Shown: positions 62,071 through 64,000 of the stretch, piece by piece
How positions within the stretch are numbered: position 1 is the stretch's first letter
Layout: the number at the start of each line of letters is the position of its first letter
Assembly: GCA_905178155.1 (NCBI GenBank)
Contig: CAJINV010000006.1
Span: 2,323,016-2,387,015, forward strand
DNA from: Amoebophrya sp. A120
Lineage: Eukaryota > Protista > Dinoflagellata
Direction: 5' to 3'
DNA length: 64,000 nucleotides
Translations under genes and position numbers: made by a program
Notes under the pieces: generated by a model
Told to the model about the DNA's origin: nothing
Database searches by the model: none
Seen by the model: only the letters and a program-made list of their open reading frames with translations

Positions 62071-63055
62071 AGCCGAAAGAAAGCTGCTGGCAACATGATT
62101 TATGCTTGCAGTGTTCTTGTACGTAGTACTATTATAGGCAGCAGGGCAAATTAGTACTGAATGAGGATTTTTACCACGTTTAAAATTTTTCTCGGGGTGG
62201 AAAACGACGTTAAAGGGCATGAAATTGGTTCCATCGGGTTCGTCAGTGGGGAGAAGTCTTGTAAGTGTTAACTTTTCAAATTCACATTGGGCAAGTTGAG
62301 AGATCTTTTTGCAGCTGTGTAAAAGTAAATTTGAATGCTTGTCGTGTGAAATTATTACGCAATAAAATTGTATGTGAATACGAAAAGGAGTAGAGCCTTA
62401 GCCTTACAACAACCTTCTAATAAAAGATAAATTTACGAGCGATTCTTAGTGGACGAGGGGCAACATCAAGGTCGAAGTCAGGCGTGTCGGGTTGCGGCCA
62501 TAGAGACAGATAGACACGGTGGTCCTCGATGTGGATTGTGGAAACACTTTCACTTCTACTGTTGACGACTACTACCTAATATCATCCGCCCCGTCTTGTG
62601 ATGTAGCAGAGGTTAAAGCACCTCAACTCTTGCAGATGAATCTTTGCTCGCGACAAAACGACCCTAACTCGTTGACTAGCGTCTTGGAGTTTGTTGCGCG
62701 ACGTTTTGTTCTTTCGAGATAAAAATTATTGGGACGTATCAAATGTTAGAACAAACAATCATGAGAACAAGAATCTGGCACAAAATTTACTGGTGTACAG
62801 ATGAAATAAACGCATATTTTGAATTTAAATTTGCAGTTGTAAGAAGTCAAACCGTAGAATGGAAAAACAAAAAGTAGTACAGTCTGGACGATAATGCGTT
62901 GAAAAGATAAGTTTTTCATGTTTTCCTAGATGAAAGATTTTTTCACAGTTCTGAACCCCTTTCGTTCCGCCGTTCGGTTGTGTTAAACGGCGTCACGACT
63001 CAGACGACACTTGTTGTAGTACAACTAGTCGCTGATAAACCGACGTAGTTTCGGT

Positions 63056-64000
63056 TTAGGAGGACTCGGCCTCCCACGACTGCTATTACAGTGAAAAGTG
63101 CCCCTCACCCCTGAAATTGCAAAAGTTTGTGATGCGAAGTTTCCAAATGAAAACTTTTTTTCATGCACGAAAGGAGTATGAATCTTTCTGATGCAGAGTC
63201 TAGGCGTGTATCGCATTGCTTGCATGACAGGCGCCGCTCTTGCTGCGGTCTTTTGCAATACAAATTTTCGCTATTCACGATTGGAAACCTGTGATGCTGA
63301 TAGATGGAAGAGGGCGAATGTTTCATTTGCAAAGGTTTGCAATGCAAATGCTCCCAAATTCGGGGGTGGGGGCATTTTTCATTGTAATAACTGCAGCTCC
63401 TTGTTCATCATGTCGACGATGACTTTCATGAACTCAAAGCCCGGGACCAGGCGCGAGTTCATTTCCAGCTTCCCGTCATCATCGGAATCCATCGCCTTCA
63501 GCTGCTTGTGCAGGATATGCATTGCAAAAGTATCGTACTCGTATAAATGCATTACAAATTTCCCCAGCATGAGAAATGAAATTTGTAATGCGGATTTGCC
63601 TTAAGATAAAGATTTCTTGTAATGCATGATTGCAATACGAGTACGATACTTTATCACAGGATACAGGAATTCCTGCATCTGGGGCTGGAACGTTTCGAAC
63701 ATGATCTTCGCCATGGCCATGTATCCATTGCAAATATGTCTGAGTCTGGACGTGTCATGCTCGGCCAGCATGACTCTCAAGTCTGTCATGCACAGTATCC
63801 CAAAGGAGCCCCAACTTTCTGTCATGCAAAGACCAAGTTTGTCATGCTGAATAGAGAACACGCAGCAAGTCAGGAACTTGTCATGCTGAGCCGTCACTTG
63901 TGGCCTCCTCATGATTCGCCCCTCAGCATCTCAAGTTTCCAGACCCAGACATATTTGCAATGCATATCATGCCCATGTCTTTCAAACCGGTCATCATGTC
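63056..64000 (-). CDS. EF-hand-containing protein, 3' part only; 3 introner introns
   Basis: LKAMDSDDDGKLE loop; frame restored across the elements; ends ELQSWEAESS*. Confidence 0.6.
63084..63389. mobile_element. Introner family K (singleton, TIR TATTACANTGAAAANTGCCCC)
   Basis: TSD actgc. Confidence 0.85.
63516..63663. mobile_element. Introner family B
   Basis: TSD cagga. Confidence 0.9.
63722..63966. mobile_element. Introner family A
   Basis: TSD ccatg/tcatg. Confidence 0.9.

Larger units (their letters stand above)
59249..62470. repeat. ~1.6-kb direct duplication flanking the N gap
   Basis: 59249-60603 matches 60912-62266 with no difference seen by eye (offset 1663); the following ~200 bp are related but diverged. 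Confidence 0.9.

Noticed and set aside
5934-63966. Recurrent ORF-track peptides (SNAKMSGSGR, IKCKNVWVWK, FQTQTFLHLI, LPDPDIFAFD, YPVQKYRTR) as a repeat-protein family
   Set aside because: They are translations of the family A and B TIRs in different frames, not proteins.
75-63966. Assignment of the elements to a named transposon superfamily (e.g. Tc1/mariner, PIF/Harbinger, Transib)
   Set aside because: The duplicated target is 5 bp of arbitrary sequence outside TAT/ATA, not TA or TWA. The termini are not the CAC of Transib, and no transposase is available to classify them.

Overview
Eukaryotic genomic DNA, most consistent with the parasitic dinoflagellate relative Amoebophrya (Syndiniales); this assignment is inferred from architecture only. 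About 11 protein genes can be supported and all lie on the minus strand. Their exons are interrupted by about 90 short (mostly 147-420 bp) non-autonomous TIR elements from about 10 families. Nearly all start TAT, end ATA and are flanked by a 5-bp direct repeat (TSD). Removing an element plus one TSD copy restores the reading frame; I checked this by hand at every junction of the 13522-3935 gene and at most junctions of several others. The elements therefore behave as transposon-derived non-canonical introns ('introners'). Near-identical copies sit in both orientations inside same-strand genes, some offer no GT/GC-AG pair in any register, and unrelated families share an internal TGTVATGC motif. 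Introners with inverted and direct repeats are already reported in Amoebophrya; the mechanistic details seen here are the part worth following up. Recognisable genes: a G8/beta-helix fibrocystin-L/TMEM2-like protein, a Leu/Phe-tRNA-protein transferase-like protein, an RS/OCRE-like/CSD/PP2C phosphatase, exosome RRP41 and an EF-hand protein. There are also several large secreted or type I membrane proteins. No transposase ORF was found. Two 100-N assembly gaps are present. Most entries in the supplied ORF track are artefacts of element sequence.
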